From assembly GCA_030612085.1 (NCBI GenBank), contig JAUWOM010000001.1:1-47466 (forward strand): 47,466 nt of DNA, written 5' to 3'. The position numbers and the translations under genes are program-made. The notes beneath the pieces are model-generated. The model worked only from the letters and a program-made list of their open reading frames with translations. It made no database searches and was not told where the DNA came from. Below are positions 45,303 to 47,466 of this stretch, one piece after another; the stretch's first letter is position 1, and each line of letters begins with the position of its first letter. This stretch comes from Actinomycetes bacterium (GTDB taxonomy: Bacteria; Actinomycetota; Humimicrobiia; JAHJRV01).

Positions 45303-46673
45303 TTGAGAAATAGTGAAAAATTTAAAAAAGTACACTTTGTTGGAATTGGTGGTGCAGGATTGAGTGGAATGGCAAGAGTTCTTTATGAAATGGGTTATGA
45401 GGTGTCAGGTTCAGATATAAAGAAATCTCATAATACAGAGAGGTTAAAGATATTTGGTATAGATGTTAAAATTGGTCATTTGAGTAAGAATGTGATTGGT
45501 AAAGATATCCTGGTAATATCAACTGCAATTCCAGAAAATAATTGCGAAGTAAAGGCAGCAAATGAGTTAAAAATTGATATATGGAGTAGAGCTAAAATGC
45601 TGGAATGGATATTATCACATGGGAAAGCTATTGCTATTTCTGGAACACATGGTAAAACTACAACAACATCCATGATAGCTCTTCTGTTGGAATGGGAAAA
45701 TTTTAAACCTACAATTCTCGTTGGTGGTGAATTGAATGATATTGGAAGTAATGCAAAATTTGGTGAAGGTGAATATTTTGTTGTTGAAGCTGATGAAAGT
45801 GATGGAACATTTATTCAAATCACACCTGAGATTGCAGTTGTTACAAATGTTGAAGATGACCACTTAGATTATTATAAAAGCAAGAAAGAGATAGAGAAAG
45901 CTTTTAATAAGTTTATTAACGGAGTTACCCCCACTGGATTAGCAGTAATTAATGGTGATGATCCATGTTTAATAAATATGATGAATAAAATTAATAGCAG
46001 ATATATTACATATGGATTGGATGAAAGAAATGATGTAAGAGCTAAAGATATTAAAATAGATGAGCTAAAAAGTGAATTTTTAGTTCAATTAAGAGACGAA
46101 CAATTCCGAGTTCAGTTAAAAATTCCTGGTGAACATAATATTTATAATGCATTAGCTACAATTTCAGTTGGTAAATATTTAGGTATTTCTTCAGATAGAA
46201 TCTCCTTTACACTCAGTCAATTTGTCGGAGCACAGAGAAGATTTGATGTGTTGGGAAACCCTCAAGGTGTAACAATAGTAGATGACTATGCGCATCATCC
46301 AACTGAGATTTCAGCTACCTTGAAAGCAGCTAATGCAAAAAAACATAATAGGATAATAAGCGTTTTTCAGCCTCATAGATACACGCGTACTGATTTACTG
46401 TATGAAAAGTTTGGCAACTGCTTTGGATATGCTGATTTGTGTTTAATTACGGAAATTTTTCCAGCTGGTGAGAATCCTATACCCGGAGTTACTTCAAAAT
46501 TAATTGTGAAATCAATACTAAAGAAAAATAATAGAAAACAGGTTGTCTATTTACCACAAAAAAAGGATTTAACTTATTATCTTCTTAAAAATGTCGAATC
46601 CAATGATGTTGTAGTAGTAATGGGTGCTGGTGATATAAATACAATAGCATATGATTTATTAGAAAAGTTATGA
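45303..46673 (+). CDS. murC: UDP-N-acetylmuramate--L-alanine ligase
   Basis: HFVGIGGAGLSGMA N-terminal Rossmann and P-loop GTHGKTTTTSM. I place the start at the in-frame TTG 45303 (MRNSEKFKKVHFVGIGG) because the track extension from 45234 translates the repeat element. The exact start is uncertain. Confidence 0.88.
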   Translation: MRNSEKFKKVHFVGIGGAGLSGMARVLYEMGYEVSGSDIKKSHNTERLKIFGIDVKIGHLSKNVIGKDILVISTAIPENNCEVKAANELKIDIWSRAKMLEWILSHGKAIAISGTHGKTTTTSMIALLLEWENFKPTILVGGELNDIGSNAKFGEGEYFVVEADESDGTFIQITPEIAVVTNVEDDHLDYYKSKKEIEKAFNKFINGVTPTGLAVINGDDPCLINMMNKINSRYITYGLDERNDVRAKDIKIDELKSEFLVQLRDEQFRVQLKIPGEHNIYNALATISVGKYLGISSDRISFTLSQFVGAQRRFDVLGNPQGVTIVDDYAHHPTEISATLKAANAKKHNRIISVFQPHRYTRTDLLYEKFGNCFGYADLCLITEIFPAGENPIPGVTSKLIVKSILKKNNRKQVVYLPQKKDLTYYLLKNVESNDVVVVMGAGDINTIAYDLLEKL

Positions 46674-46694
46674 TAATAATTCACTAGAAAAATT

Positions 46695-47466
46695 ATGAAT
46701 ATAAAAAATTTACAGTTTAATAACACTAATATATTAGAAAATCTTAAATCCATAGAAAATTTGATTTTGATAACTGATGAACCTCTAAGCAAGCATACAT
46801 CGTATAAAGTTGGTGGAAATGCTGATTATTTCTGTATTGTTAAAAAGCTGGAGCAATTAAGAAAGATTTTTGATGTCTGTTATCCAAAACATAATATCTT
46901 TATTTTGGGTAATGGAACTAATGTACTCTTTTCAGATGAAGGTTATAGAGGTGTTGTAATTAAGTTATCCGGTGAGCTCAATAAGTTAAAGATTTCAGGG
47001 AATTTAATTAAAGCTGGTTCTCCTGTTTCTTTATCAAGTATCATAAAAAAAGCATTAGAAAGTGAGCTGAGTGGATTGGAATTTGCCTGGGGTATTCCAG
47101 GTACATTGGGAGGTTCAATCAATGGGAATTCAGGAGCATTCGGTTTAGAGATATGTGATCTTATAAAAAATGTGAAAGTCTGTGACTATAATGGGAAAAT
47201 TCACAATTTTTCATCAAATCAACTTGATTATGGTTATAGATATTGTAAATTTCCTATTAATGGAGTGATATTGGAAGCAGATTTAAAGTTTAAGCAAAGC
47301 TCAAGAAAGGAAATTGAAAAAACATTGAAGAAAAATATGAAATGGAGAAGAAAATATCAACCAATTGAATCAAAAACTGCTGGGAGTGTTTTTAAGAATC
47401 CTGAGGGAATGTCAGTTGCAAAACTTTTAGAATCTATTGACTTAAAAGGGAAAGCTATAAATGGAG
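46695..47466 (+). CDS. murB: UDP-N-acetylenolpyruvoylglucosamine reductase (3' end outside the window)
   Basis: Not in the ORF track because no stop falls inside the window. ATG 46695 opens a frame with no stop to base 47466: MNIKNLQF...LSKHTSYKVGGNADYF...ILGNGTNVLF...GIPGTLGGSINGNSGAFG...TAGSVFKNP, i.e. the FAD-binding MurB motifs. Confidence 0.85.
   Translation, partial: MNIKNLQFNNTNILENLKSIENLILITDEPLSKHTSYKVGGNADYFCIVKKLEQLRKIFDVCYPKHNIFILGNGTNVLFSDEGYRGVVIKLSGELNKLKISGNLIKAGSPVSLSSIIKKALESELSGLEFAWGIPGTLGGSINGNSGAFGLEICDLIKNVKVCDYNGKIHNFSSNQLDYGYRYCKFPINGVILEADLKFKQSSRKEIEKTLKKNMKWRRKYQPIESKTAGSVFKNPEGMSVAKLLESIDLKGKAING

Overview
This is a strongly AT-rich, densely coding bacterial chromosomal window, and most of it is housekeeping. 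Bases 1-33000 carry the following:
- transporters: two MFS/GPH-type, one DMT, one MscS
- a notable concentration of DNA-repair genes: nth, a family-X polymerase with PHP domain, radC, an Mre11/Rad50-like pair, xseA/xseB
- panB, glgC, nagA, an Slt-type lytic transglycosylase, a GT4 glycosyltransferase, a Zn-ADH and an amidohydrolase
- an orphan AmmeMemoRadiSam radical-SAM gene
- one tRNA(CAU) and the RNase P RNA (rnpB)

From about 33400 to the end lies the 5' part of a classical dcw cluster: mraZ-rsmH-ftsL-ftsI-murE-murF-mraY-murD-ftsW-murG-murC-murB (murB runs off the window).

I see no CRISPR array, IS, transposase or integrase. The only hint of a defence gene is a truncated AbiEii-like toxin tail at the left edge. 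I found no clear multi-gene novel system.

The observations most worth follow-up are:
1. An in-frame TGA (30051-30053) fuses two track ORFs into one secreted 5'-nucleotidase-like protein with degenerate catalytic motifs. It creates a C-G-U motif and is followed by a locally GC-rich hairpin, so this is a selenocysteine candidate.
2. Between murG and murC there are 2.5 tandem copies of a roughly 97-nt unit. Each full copy carries a 17-bp hairpin, and the two copies differ by a compensatory base-pair change.
3. rnpB is about 513 nt long because of a roughly 135-nt AT-rich insertion in helix P12.
4. The Rad50/SbcC-like ATPase has a two-helix transmembrane hairpin in its central region between the ATPase head halves, and I see no CxxC zinc hook.
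5. Two families of short GC-rich palindromic (REP-like) repeats sit in the intergenic regions. One of them is mistranslated as the N-terminus of the track murC ORF.

All functional calls come from motif recognition by eye. No database search was run.
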